Positions 49,501-61,350 of a stretch of DNA of 64,000 nt are shown one piece after another (the stretch's first letter is position 1; each line of letters starts with the position of its first letter). Below the pieces are notes generated by a model, which did no database searches, was not told the origin of the DNA, and worked only from the letters and a program-made list of their open reading frames with translations. Position numbers and translations under genes: made by a program. This DNA comes from Macrostomum lignano (Eukaryota): contig NIVC01001980.1 of assembly GCA_002269645.1 (NCBI GenBank), positions 152,603 to 216,602 of the forward strand. Reading direction: 5' to 3'.

Positions 49501-52500
49501 ACACCGGAGCTGACGGACGCCTTCAACAGCACGAAGCAGGCCCTGGCTGACGCTGCCATGCTTGCGCACCCGGAGCCCGACGCCCCAACGGCGCTGACGG
49601 TCGACGCCTCGGACACCGCCATCGGGGCGGTTCTGGAGCAGCGTGTCGGCGAGACCTGGCGGCCACTCGCTTTCTTCAGCCGCCAACTGCGGCCGGCTGA
49701 ACAAAAGTACAGCGCTTTCGACCGGGAGTTACTCGCTCTCTATCTGGCCACGCGACATTTCCGCTAATTTTTGGGAAGGCCGCATCTTCACCGCCTACAC
49801 CGACCACAAACCCCTGGTCGCGGCCATGGCCAAGTTGTCGGATCCCTGGTCAGCGCGCCAGCAGCGGCACCTCGCATACGTGTCGGAGTTCACCACCGAC
49901 ATCCGGCACGTGGCGGGCAAGGACAATCCGGTGGCCGACGCCCTCTCCCGCTGCACCGTCGCCTCTGTGCAGCCGCTGCTCCCCGGCATCGACTACGCGG
50001 CCCTGGCGCGCGCGCAGCGAGCGGACGATCCCGCGCTCGCCGGCACCGGCCTGCGGCTCGAGCGCGTGACGTTGCGTCCCGGCCTGGAGGTCATCTGCGG
50101 CACCGTGACCGGCCGCCCGCGCCCGCTGGTGCCCACCGACTTCCGCCGCGCCGTTTTCGACGCGGTCCACGGACTGGCGCACCCGTCCGTACGCAGTACG
50201 CGGCGCCTAGTGTCCGAGAAGTTCGTGTGGCCGGGAATCAACAGGGACGTCGGCCAATGGGCTCGCAGCTGCATCGCCTGCCAGACGGCCAAGGTGCAGC
50301 GCCACGTGACCGCCCCGCCCGCCAGCATTCCGGTGCCCAGCAGCCGTTTCGCGCACGTCCACGTCGACCTTGTCGGACCGCTGCCGCAGTCCCACGGTTT
50401 CACGCACCTGCTGACCGTCGTCGACAGGTTCACCCGCTGGCCGGAGGCTTTCCCCTTGGCCGACACTTCCGCTGCCTCCTGCGCGTCCGCTTTCATCGCC
50501 GGTTGGATCGCCCGCTTCGGCGTGCCCAGTGACGTCACGTCCGACCGCGGCTCCCAGTTCACCTCCGGGCTATGGGCCAACGTGTCGCGGCTGCTGGGCA
50601 TGCAGCTGCACCACACCACCGCTTTTCACCCACAGGCTAACGGCCTGGTGGAACGCTTCCACCGCCAGCTCAAGGCATCCCTGATGGCGCGCCTGACCGG
50701 ACCGACTTGGACCGACGAGCTGCCCTGGGCGTTGCTGGGCATCCGCACGGCTCCCAAGGAGGACATCGGCGCCTCCTCGGCCGAGCTGGTCTACGGCGCC
50801 CCGCTGACGGTACCGGGAGAATGCCTGCAGGCCGCGCCACCCGAGGCCTCTTACGACCAGTTCCTGGCCCGGCTACGCAGCGCGGTGCAGTCGTTCCGGC
50901 CGCCTCCAACCTCGCGTCATGGCCGCGTCGCTGCCTCCGTGCCTGCTGCCCTGGAGTCCTGCACGCACGTCTTCATCCGCCGCGACGGCCACCGGCCATC
51001 TCTGCAGCGGCCGTACTTCGGGCCCTTCAAGGTCCTTGAGCGCGGAGACAAGACCTTCCGCACGCGGCAGGATCACGTGGCAGTGGACAGACTCAAGCCT
51101 GCGGCGCTCGATCCCGGCGAGGCGATTCCGGCTCCGGCTCTGCGGCCACGAGGCCGCCCCCGCCTGGACGGCCGGCCACAACTGCCACGTGGTGGAGACC
51201 CTCCGGTCGCAGCTGCGCACCCGCAAGCGCCACCGGGGCTCCCACCAACGCGTCTCCCACCGGTGCAAGCGACCCGGCCTCCAGCGTCTGGTCGCCGCCA
51301 GCTTCCGCCTCGCCGGTGCCGCCCGACGCGGTTTCGGTCCTAGGCCAGCGCTGGGGGGAGCCATGTGGCGGTCACGCCACACGCGCGTACGCGCTCCAGC
51401 AGCCACCCCAACCCCGGCCGGGGAGACCGGCGCTAGGTGCACGGTCGCTGTGCGTTGATTGGCTGCCCAGTGTACACCGCTGGCCTATATAACTTTAGAC
51501 TTTTGTCTCGCGCGCCTCCACCCTGCTACTTCCAAATAAACTTTACGTGGCTCAACTCGCCACAACACTATAAATATTCAACTACAAAAATTCTTTAAAC
51601 ACCATCGTGCTATTCAGCCAGATAAGTCATTAATCATGCAATGGCTCATTATAATTGACCTTAATTAGCCTATTGGCCCCCCTTCGTTTTATATAATTCA
51701 GTTACATTTGCTATTCTAGTTAAATTTAACCAAACCAAATATATGCCGCGAATTACCAAGTCACCAAACCCTATCATCAAGCATTCACTCGCAAGGCTTG
51801 TGCAGTTTTGAAATCTGCAACACAAATAGATTTAGAAAAAAAACTTTAGGAAAATTCTCACCGTCGGGCGAGGCGGACACGCCGCCAGCCTCTCGCACGA
51901 TGAGCTCGCCAGCTGCCACATCCCAGCAGTGAATGCCGTACTCGAAGTATGACTCCACCGAGCCGCGGGCCACCATGCAGCAGGACAGGGCGGCAGACCC
52001 GATGGATCGAATGCCCCGAGAGGCCAGCACGGCTTTGTGCATGTTGCGCACCTTTGTGTCCATCGTGGCATCCCGCTGGGAGCCCCACTCGGAGCACAGA
52101 ATCGAGCTGGAGAGATCTAAGCAAGCAAAAACAGAAAATTTTGCTTAAAAGAACTTTTGACTTTTGAAATTTGTGCAAACAGTGTGCAGTATTGATTAAA
52201 AAACAGAAATGATTCCTTCATTATTTGGACCAACTCCAGCACACAAAGCATTCAGTAAAATGTAGCAAATCAATTTTAGGACTACTGAACAAAGACTTTA
52301 GGGTATCAGGCTGATAACGATTTCAACTTAACTGAATATGAATTGCTTTTTACCAAGAAAATTTTCTACTAGTTTAATTTCAAAATTCAACATAGACAAA
52401 TAAGCAATGCCTTTATCTTTATGTTAATAAAAATATCTTTATACTCGTAAATTAGTACTCAAAGTATAAAGCAATAAGCTGCTTACTTTGAGCATCACTG

Positions 52501-53257
52501 ACAGAAAGCTTGGCACCATTGAGGAATGCACCTTTGCCAAGCTCAGCATGATACATCTCATCAAGAATTGGATTGTAAACAACAGCCAAAGCCACCTGAA
52601 AAAATATTCCTAAAATAGTTTTATTGACTCATATTATTAAAATAGCATTAAAACTGAAATTTAAAATTTACCTTCTTTTTCTCTGCATATGCAATAGAAA
52701 TACAACAGAAGGGGAAACGATGAACAAAATTTGAAGTTCCATCGACGGGGTCAATTATCCAAGTTGGAGAATCAGTGAAACTAATTTTAGCTCCACTAGA
52801 CACGGATTCTTCTCCTATGAACCTATAACAAAGGGGTGGAAATATGAGGTTAAAACTAATAATGTGTATGAAAAAATGAAATAATAGAGCATAAAATATG
52901 AAAATTAAAGAAAGATGCTATAGTCCTCAAAATATCTTACTCATGCGTGGGAAATTGCTCCGATATCTTCTTCTGAACGAAATTCTCAACCTTTGTATCA
53001 GTTTCTGTCACCAAATCAGCAATCGAGCATTTTTGACTAATAACCTTTTGTTTAAAGTAGCCTTCTTTAATGATCTAAAAAATAGCGAAGTAATTAATTA
53101 ACATATTAGTGTTGCAATCTAAAAAATTAAGAGCAGAGTAAGTACGCGCTGGAAAGTGTACTGCTAAAATCATACTATAAAAGCGAAAGCTAAAGCCCCT
53201 TTAAAAACATACCTCGCCAGCAGACCGAGCTAATTCAAGAGCAAACTGTAGAGACAT
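46569..53257 (-). CDS. IMPA: Inositol monophosphatase; exons 53213-53257, 52941-53074, 52672-52822, 52487-52595, 51862-52116, 46569-46675
   Basis: Spliced in phase: [74 protein letters not shown]. The N-terminus ([15 protein letters not shown]) may have a further upstream exon. Confidence 0.95.
47503..48195 (+). CDS. Retrotransposon Gag, 230 aa
   Basis: [22 protein letters not shown]-terminus and [18 protein letters not shown] knuckle typical of this gypsy lineage. Confidence 0.9.
   Translation: MSTESAVALKLPTFWASQPRAWFIQAEAQFVLRNITQDATKYFHLVAALDQQSAERLLDVLETPPTENKYDALKARLLGTFGLTQQQRASRLLNLAGLGDRRPSELMDEMLALLGNHRPCMLFEELFRQQMPADIRMALVSVDFADPRAVARLADELWASRAQPVATATLPPEHPPVVAATARPARAKPQQHQPREADGLICFFHRKFGAKARRCEPPCQFSGNGPAGRQ
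48168..48174 (+). promoter_or_regulatory. Putative -1 ribosomal frameshift heptamer G_GGA_AAC
   Basis: In gag codon phase; the -1 frame leads to the protease motif [13 protein letters not shown]; GC-rich GGCCGGCC sequence follows. Confidence 0.75.
48169..51343 (+). pseudogene. Pol polyprotein (protease-RT-RNaseH-integrase), broken as assembled
   Basis: [55 protein letters not shown]; frame breaks near 48330, 48850 and 49773 and a TAA at 49765. Confidence 0.92.
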
Positions 53258-54329
53258 TACCAAAAAAGGTAACAAACTGGGCAAAAATATTAACGTATAC
53301 TCTACCCTGAGGCTTAATTTGCTATGAGATGAGTGAGATGACCTGACTGATTCTTTACAAAAATGTCGCGGAAAGGTTGAATTTGAAAAGTTACAAACGA
53401 TAACTTCTTAACAGGTGGTTTATTACAGTAGTAATTATGTTTGTAGTTGTAGATTTTTTATTGTTTGTTTGATTTAGTTAAATCAGACTGAGTGCCAGCT
53501 TTCAAAAAATCATGAATCAAAGGAATTGTTAAAACGTGTCTGATTGTCAAATTAGACCATTCCGTTAAGCCATCTAGAAGCATTTTGCGTTTATAATTGT
53601 ACAAACAGACAAACATCGCTAGAGTTTTAGTATATTGTCATTGATTATGGACATTCATTCATTCAAGCATACAAATATATTAGAGATTTAGTATATTTAG
53701 ATAGACTAATAATCTAATCAATCAGCGATTATGATATTTTGGCTTTCTTATGATTAAACTTATGATTAGGCCTAGAATATGCGGTAGGCTTATAATTTCT
53801 CATTAAAACATACAATTAAGTTAAGTAAGGAAGTGTTTGCAAAGTAATATAGTATACATTTACTTGGAATATTTTGTGCATGTTCAGTTTGTGTCGATAT
53901 GCTTAAAACTGGGCCCACAGCCTGCTTATGTTTGGACTACTATGGAGTATGGCCTGGGTATGGCTGCATAGCCTAGGAAAAGTTAGGCATATTATACAAT
54001 ATATTTTAATTTATACAATAGAATAGTGAGGCCTATCCAATATAAAATAAAGCAGATTGTTAGTTGAATAACATAGGGGCCTAATCAAATCGGCTAGGCT
54101 TATCTGAGTTACTTTTTTATATTGAGCCTTATTTAGATTTTCTTTTTATTTACTTTAGAACCTATATTTTGTAGGCCCCCTAGGCCTTAAGCCAGTGGTT
54201 CTCAACCTGTAGGTTGCAACTTGCAAACCCCACCCCCCAGCCAGTGGGGTTGCATGTTGCATAGGCCCTAATCCTACTCTCAGCTAGTGTAATAATCATT
54301 TTCTCAATTAGTGCATTAATCCTTTATTT

Positions 54330-54950
54330 ATCAAGTGCAAAAATTGATGTTTAAGCTAATGCATTAGTCTTTCTAATCTAGTGCAATAATCCTTGGCTTA
54401 TTAAGTGCAATAATCCTTGGCTTATCAAGTGTATAATCCTTGGCTTATTGAATGAAATAATCCTTAGTTTATCAAGTACAAGTATAATAATCCTTGGTTT
54501 ATCATATGCAATTAGGCCTATCCTTGGCTTATCAAGTGCAGTTATCCTTGGCTTATCAAGTGCATAATCTTTGATTTATTAAGTGCAATAATCCTTAGTT
54601 TATCAAGTGCAATAATCCTTGGTTCATCAAGTGCAATAATCCTTAGTTTATCAAGTGCAATAATCCTTGGTTTATCAATTGCAGTAATCCTTGGCTTATC
54701 AAGTGCAATAATCCTTGGCTTATCAAGTGCAATAATCCTTGGTTTATCAAGTGCAACAACTCTTAGTTTATCAAGTATAATAATACTTGGTTTATCAAAT
54801 GCAATAATCCTTGGTTTATCAAGTGCAACAATCCTTGGCTTATCAAGTGCAATAATCCTTGGCTTATCAAGTGTAATAATCCTTGGCTTATTGAGTGCAA
54901 TAATCCTTGGTTTATTAAGACTAATAATCATTGGATTATCAAGTGCAATG
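54330..54950. repeat. 24-bp minisatellite (TATCAAGTGCAATAATCCTTGGCT)n
   Basis: About 25 diverged copies; explains the DKPRIIAL ORF. Confidence 0.93.
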
Positions 54951-57311
54951 GTTGAGCCATTTTTGCTAAAAATCAATCACATAGATAGATAGATATTGAA
55001 AAACCATTTTTAATATATGGATTTCAATATATGGAAAAATAATACTATTATAATGTATAGTAAAAAAAGAAATAAAATGCTTAAATATTGTATAAAGTTA
55101 AAAGTTAAACAAAGCAAAAAGAAAAAGGGTCCTAAAAGTTTACAAAGTTTTATAAACAAATAATTTTGGTCAGTTTTTTATGCAGATATCATAATATTAT
55201 GTACGTATATTATAGCACACTTTGTGATTTTGTTTGTGTCTTCTTAAATCTTGTGTTTTCGAACAGCCGTTTTTCAAAGGTCTTTGTGAAGTATAATGTA
55301 TTATATCCATTATTGCTAAATAGTGCCATTTTTATTTTCTTTACTTTTTTTTTAATTTTAAACTAAGAACAAACTTCTAACCAAAATATACAGTTTGTTA
55401 TAAATTTTTATTAACCAAAATATCTAGTTACCATTTTGGTTTTACATATTTTTTGTAAATTAAGGTTAGAAAACTAAAATAATACATAAAAGTGCACAGA
55501 TAGTGTACAAATGGCACCCACATTGTTTTCCAAAATTATTCTAGTGCATATTGTGCCATTTTCCTAATTAAATTTTAATACTCAAATAAAAATAAAAAGA
55601 AAGGTCTATATTTTGATAGAGTTAGTTTCGTCTTTTATTTTTATGATTTTGCAAGATTATGATCCTAGTGGAATTTTAAGATATTATAAAGATTAGGTTA
55701 GGAAAAAAATATTTGGGATTAGACAAGATTGGGATTCTAATTGTTCTAGGATTTTATGATTAAGATTAAGATTATTCTATCCTACCTCTACCTGGATCCC
55801 AATATTTTCTCCTATGGTACCCAGTTTTTTCTATGCTAAATGCCCTTTAGTTGAAGGTAAATATCTTTTTAGTTTTTATTTTACTTTGATTATCATTATT
55901 TTTGGATAGTTCTAGTTAAAGTTAGTCATAACATTAAAGCTATTAATTAAAGGTGAAAAGAAAGACTGCACTGGAAAATGACACATGGAAAATAAAGTTG
56001 TTATTACAAATTTTATTAGGAAAAAATGGAACCATTTTATTGCTTTATAAATAAACTCTAGTTTGATTAATTATGATTCTAGTAGTAGCTAAAGAAAAGT
56101 AATAGGTGAAATTTTGAAAGGATTTTCTTTTCATTTAACTAAACATATCAAGTATATCAGCAAAAAGTAATAAATGTATAATAAACTTTCAATTAAATAG
56201 TTTCAGAGAGGCAAATCACCTTTTCAAGTCTATGGCTGCTATGAATTTATTTTTCTGATATCCTAGTTGTAGCATCCTGGTCATTACAGATTTGTCTCCT
56301 AATTCAACAAAAAATGAAAATTCAGTTCTATTTTAGATTTATCTTAAATGCATTCAATGGAAGAGATATTTATTGTTCTTTAGAGTTTCAAGGCAGGCTA
56401 AAAGTAATGAGTAGGCCTAGTACAAGTAATAGTTAGTCACAGTTAACAATTTTTAGAGTAAATTTTGAGCAAATTTTAGCTAATTCAAACAATAAATACT
56501 ATAAAACCCTTATTTGGCAATTAGAAATCAGTCTAAAATTGTAATATGCTTTTTGTCCATAGATATTTCTTATAAAATAGGAATTTTTTAATAGCTCCCT
56601 TTAGTTGCATGTAATCTGGAAATTTCCATTTCTTTATATGTCCATTTCTTATGGAATGGAATCTAAAGCTAATTCTGGAATGATCCTTTTATAACTACCA
56701 AATTATTAAGATTTAAAATGTCAATTGTGTATTTTACTGTTTTTTATTTTTTTACTTGGATGCCAAATGAAATTACATTCTTTGTAGTTGAAAAACCCAG
56801 TGCTATACTGCTGTGAACTGTTCCTTATGCCAGTTTATCTTGCAGTAACCTTCCTTCTTAGTTGCATAATCTCTGAATCAGTTCTAGTAATGAGGGAGAT
56901 ACAGTGTTTCTTACAAACAATTTTTTAAATTAAAAATCTAAAGCAATTGTGGTACATAAATTAAAAAAAGTTTTCAATAATAAGTTGATTATCACAATCA
57001 TACATGCCCAACTTCGAAGTTTCACCTGGCCGTGCGACTTACTTTTTGACTAAAAATGTGACTTACCTACGAAAGAAACCATAACGCAGAAATTAACGAA
57101 ATTTTGGGTAAACGGCAGGAGTAACTATAATTGTATTATTAAAGCTAAATGCCTCGTCATATAAATAGTACTGCGTCTTTTTTAATCTAGCGTTTTTGCG
57201 ACTTACTTTGGCCAGACCTTTCGCCACCGATCGGCCAGTTGTTGGGCATCTTTGATCACAATTGATGCTTTAAGCATTGTTAAAGTACAATTTCACTTAA
57301 ATTCTCCTTTC

Positions 57312-58241
57312 ATGATCGATCCAGCCACAAGTGCCAGGAATTCGGACTCTGCTGCCGATGACACTGGCCAGCCAGTATTGCCAGAGTCGGCACCAACTGT
57401 GAGCGATGTCGACAGTGGCACCCTGGTTGTTGCGCAATGCTCGGCGGTGAAAAGCAGCGCAACCGCTAGCTGCGCCCTGCTCCCGCTGCTGTCCCGCCTG
57501 TCCAGCCTATCCATTGTGCCAGCCGGCAATCAGGATGCCGATGAGGAACCTCACTCTACTAGAATGAGTAGACAGACTAACTTGTCGTCGGATAGTCTGG
57601 CTCAGCTGTGCCGTCGCTACGCTTTGGCGGCCAGGCGGGAGTCGGCCGCCGCTGTCACGGTCGCAGCCTTCTGCTCCAGGCGTCAACAGCAGCACCCGGT
57701 CGCCGCCGACCCGTTGCGTCGCATATCTAAACCGTCCCGACTGCTGCGCCGGCCAAGCAGGCGGAAACTGCAGCAGCAGCCGCACCGATTGCACTGTCAG
57801 TTGTCTCGCAATCCCAGCTGTACTATTCTAGTATCCACTACCGCTATTGCCGAGCTGTTGCTTAGCAACCAGCACCTGGCCCAGTTGTCAAGCGCGTGGA
57901 TGCGCGATCGCAATATTCGACTATTCGGCTTGGACAAACCAACCACTGCGGCTCGACTGGCTCTGGAAGCCCCGCCAGCGGCCCTGGCTGCAGCGCCATC
58001 AGAACCCGCATCGGCATCGGATTCTTCAGTTAGCACCGCGGCAAGCAATTCCACAGCGGAACCAGCCTCTCTACTAGCCAGTGCCGGCGTTGGCGAAGCG
58101 TCGACCTATTCAACGGAGCGCTGCCGTCTGGTTGGCGACGCCTATCCGGATCTGACCGTGTACGAGCTGGCCTCCTACTTTGACGAGCTGGTCCGACTGC
58201 CTAAGAAGATGAGCAGCCAAGCTGAGAGTATGTACCTGTGA
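57312..58241 (+). CDS. OSER1: OSER1-like (oxidative-stress-responsive serine-rich) protein, single coding exon
   Basis: Long GC-rich Ser/Ala-rich ORF ending DLTVYELASYFDELVRLPKKMSSQAESMYL*, resembling the family C-terminus (...YIPKKMSHMAEMMYT, recalled from memory); start codon uncertain (57312 or 57562). Confidence 0.7.
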   Translation: MIDPATSARNSDSAADDTGQPVLPESAPTVSDVDSGTLVVAQCSAVKSSATASCALLPLLSRLSSLSIVPAGNQDADEEPHSTRMSRQTNLSSDSLAQLCRRYALAARRESAAAVTVAAFCSRRQQQHPVAADPLRRISKPSRLLRRPSRRKLQQQPHRLHCQLSRNPSCTILVSTTAIAELLLSNQHLAQLSSAWMRDRNIRLFGLDKPTTAARLALEAPPAALAAAPSEPASASDSSVSTAASNSTAEPASLLASAGVGEASTYSTERCRLVGDAYPDLTVYELASYFDELVRLPKKMSSQAESMYL

Positions 58242-59059
58242 CTGCTGACCTTATACCAAACTGTAACTTGACGTATTGCGCTTTTTTGGCACCCTCGCTA
58301 TTCTGGTATAGCCTTCCAATGTGTTTGTAGATAAATATTATTCCTAAATATGAATCTTACTACTACTTAGACTAATGCGCAGTGTTGAACAAGTGCCGAA
58401 AGCGATGGCTTTTAAATAATGGCTAATGTACCTGGTATATCACAACTACTTAAAAACTAGATAGACCATAGGCACGTTGGCTTGCTAAAACAGTGTCTCT
58501 CTTTCAGTTCAGTAGTAAGGAAGGATGTGTGTAAGCTATTTTATGAAAATAAAAGCAAGCAGTCAGCGCCACAAATATAATATTATTAAGCCATATATTG
58601 AAGAAAAGGGAAGGGGGACTGGAGTCTGAAAAGCTAAGAATAGTAACAATGCACTGCTTTCTTGTGTTTTAATAAGTTGAAAAACCTCTCCTATCTGTTT
58701 GTTGTAACGATGAAGCACTTCCCCTAATGTATTTAAGTTTGAGTCATCTGAATAAACTGTGATTTCTAGCAGAGGCGCATTTGCGGCTACGAGTATAGGG
58801 CTGACCTTGCTTAATTTGGTTTAGTCACCACCACAGTTATTAGAATAACCAGATGTGTCACTCGCAATTAAAGTTGTAAAAAAGCAAAGCGTCTACTCTT
58901 TTTCAGTAGTTTGTCCGTGCAGTGTCCGTTAAATAGAATGTGGCAGCTAAAATTTTTTCCTTCCACGGGGTATGCGGCCTCAGGAGGATACAGTATGCTG
59001 GGTTAAGAATGAACAATAAGCAGTTAACTTGATGTGCACACGTGAACACGAGACAGGCG

Positions 59060-59270
59060 AAACTCAGCCTAGGGGGCAGGCCCAATCTAACTCAGCCAAT
59101 GAGAGAGCAGTAAGGAGAGAGAGTTGAAAGTCAGACGGACAGCCTAGGGGGCTGGCCCAATCTAGCTCAGCCAATGAGAGAGCAGTAAGGAGAGAGTTGA
59201 AAGTCCGACGGACGAAACTCAGCCTAGGGGGCAGGCCCAATCTAGCTCAGCCAATGAGAGAGTCAGACAC
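59060..59270. repeat. ~80-bp imperfect tandem repeat, about 2.6 copies
   Basis: CAGCCTAGGGGGC[A/T]GGCCCAATCTA.CTCAGCCAATGAGAGAG occurs three times. Confidence 0.85.
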
Positions 59271-60140
59271 AAGCGGGAAAGAGGAAAACCAAGCTGTTTA
59301 TCGGCCTGGCTGAAGCTGAGAAAGCCAGATGCAATTGTTGCAGCTTAAAAAACTTTAACATTGTGTATTCTACTGATTTTTTTACTTTGAAGGCAAAAAT
59401 TTTTTTGCTGAGAAAGAGTACATAAACTCATTTTTTCGAGTGACATCTAGTTATTCTAGTATCTGTGGTCACCACCGATTTATCGTTTAACCTTTCCGTT
59501 TAACAATATGGAGGGTCTGTAACAGATATGCAACTGCCCCGCACGCCGTTATAAGTTTCACTTTCTCCCGTTGTTACTTTCCATTTTCCTATTCTGTAAG
59601 CGAAATAAATGCATCCACTTTGAGCTCTGCATATTTCATTTTTCATCTATCGATTCAGATTTTTTTGTTCTTTTTCTCTGACTTTTTTGTATAAAGATAT
59701 TTTATATTCTTTATTATTTTTTTCCTCCTCTTCCTCTCTCCTTCCTCTCTCCATCTCCCTTCTCACTTTCTTTCCTCATCTCTTTCTCCCCCATTACTCC
59801 TGTTCCCTTATCTCCCCTCATTGACTATTCCTTCCTAGAGTAAATATTCATCCCGACTCGGCCCTCTACTCGTAATCAAAAAAATAATTGCGTTCTTCTC
59901 CGACTCTCTCCATCTCTCTCTCTCACTATAAGTATCAGCTCTTTCTCACTCTAGCTCGTCTCTATCTCATTTAAGCTTGAAAGCGTTTGAAAAATAAAAA
60001 TAAAGTAAAAGAATATCAATTTCAGCGCAGTATAGCCGTTATAAACGGTCGCGCATGCGGTGACCCGGCTCTTCAGTGTTGATCTATCGCGGCAGCTTAA
60101 AGTATCATCATATAGCTAATAGGCAGCAGTTAGCGGCCCG

Positions 60141-61240
60141 ATGTCCGATCCGCTAGACGCTGTCCTCGTGTCCGTGGACCCGATGCAGCTCGCCACCTGG
60201 CAGGAGGCCGGCGGCGAATCCGCCGATTCAGTCGAGACCGACGAAGATCAGCAGACTAGCAGTCGCGACGCGCCATTTCCTATTGATGCCGGCATTAACA
60301 GCAAGCTGGTGCTCTGGTGAGTGGCTCTGCCAAACTCTACACTTTCTACTTGTGTCAGTAGACTAGCACGAAAATTGGCCGGTGGTTTGTTGTTCAATTT
60401 ACACCCATAAGCGCCAATTCCCAAGCCTGATGATTAGAAAATCAGGGCGAAACAAAAGATCTAGTTTCAGCAACTGTAGTTCTTTTATCGAACTGCCGTA
60501 GCACAGATGTACATCAGTCTAGTTGCAATGGTGACACAAGATCAACAATTCATTTTTTCAAGGTCCGGCGATCTTGCTACGCTGAAGGCCACGGCCATAG
60601 TTAACGTTAGCAATGAAACTATGAGCGATCGCAATCCGCTGTCTGTCCGCATCCTTGATCTGGGCGGCCCGGCGCTGCAGCAGGAGGTGGCTGAATCTGT
60701 TCGAAGTGAGTCATTACTATACCTTATCTATCTACCTACCTGTCTGTCTACCTACCAACCTATCTATCTACCTATGTATGTATGTATGTATGTATCTATC
60801 TATCTATCTATCTACCTACCTGTCTGTCTACCTAACTATCTATCTACCTATGTATGTATGTATGTATCTATCTATCTACCTGTCTACCTGTCCCTCTACC
60901 TAACTATCTATCTATTTATTTATCTATCTACATTGTCCATCTATCTATCTATCTATCTACCTATCTATCTATCTACCTGTCTACCTGTCTACCTACCTAC
61001 CTATCTATCTACCTATGTATGTATGTATGTATGTATCTATCTATCTACCTATCTATCTATCTACCTGTCTACCTGTCTACCTACCTACCTATATATCTAC
61101 CTATGTATGTATGTATGTATGTATGTATGTATGTATGTATGTATGTATGTATGTATCTATCTATCTACCTATCTGTCTATCTACCTGTCTACCTGTCTAT
61201 CTACCTAACTATCTATCTATTTATTTATCTATCTACATTG

Positions 61241-61289
<49 letters not shown>

Positions 61290-61309
61290 GTATCTATCTA
61301 TCTATCTAG

Positions 61310-61350
<41 letters not shown>

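Larger units (their letters stand above)
47255..51564 (+). mobile_element. Full-length Ty3/gypsy LTR retrotransposon, 4.31 kb, in the last IMPA intron and antisense to it
   Basis: LTRs 47255-47455 and 51364-51564 (201 bp, TG..CA, 2 mismatches seen); TSD ACAC; PBS TGGTGAGCCCGAC (tRNA-Trp-like); PPT CTGGGGGGAGCCA. Confidence 0.97.

Noticed and set aside
47631-51458. Many antisense and alternative-frame ORFs over the LTR element
   Set aside because: Expected shadows of high-GC coding sequence; no independent motifs.
54192-54260. CAGTGGTTCTCAACCT hAT-like terminus
   Set aside because: No matching second TIR or TSD found; fragment only.
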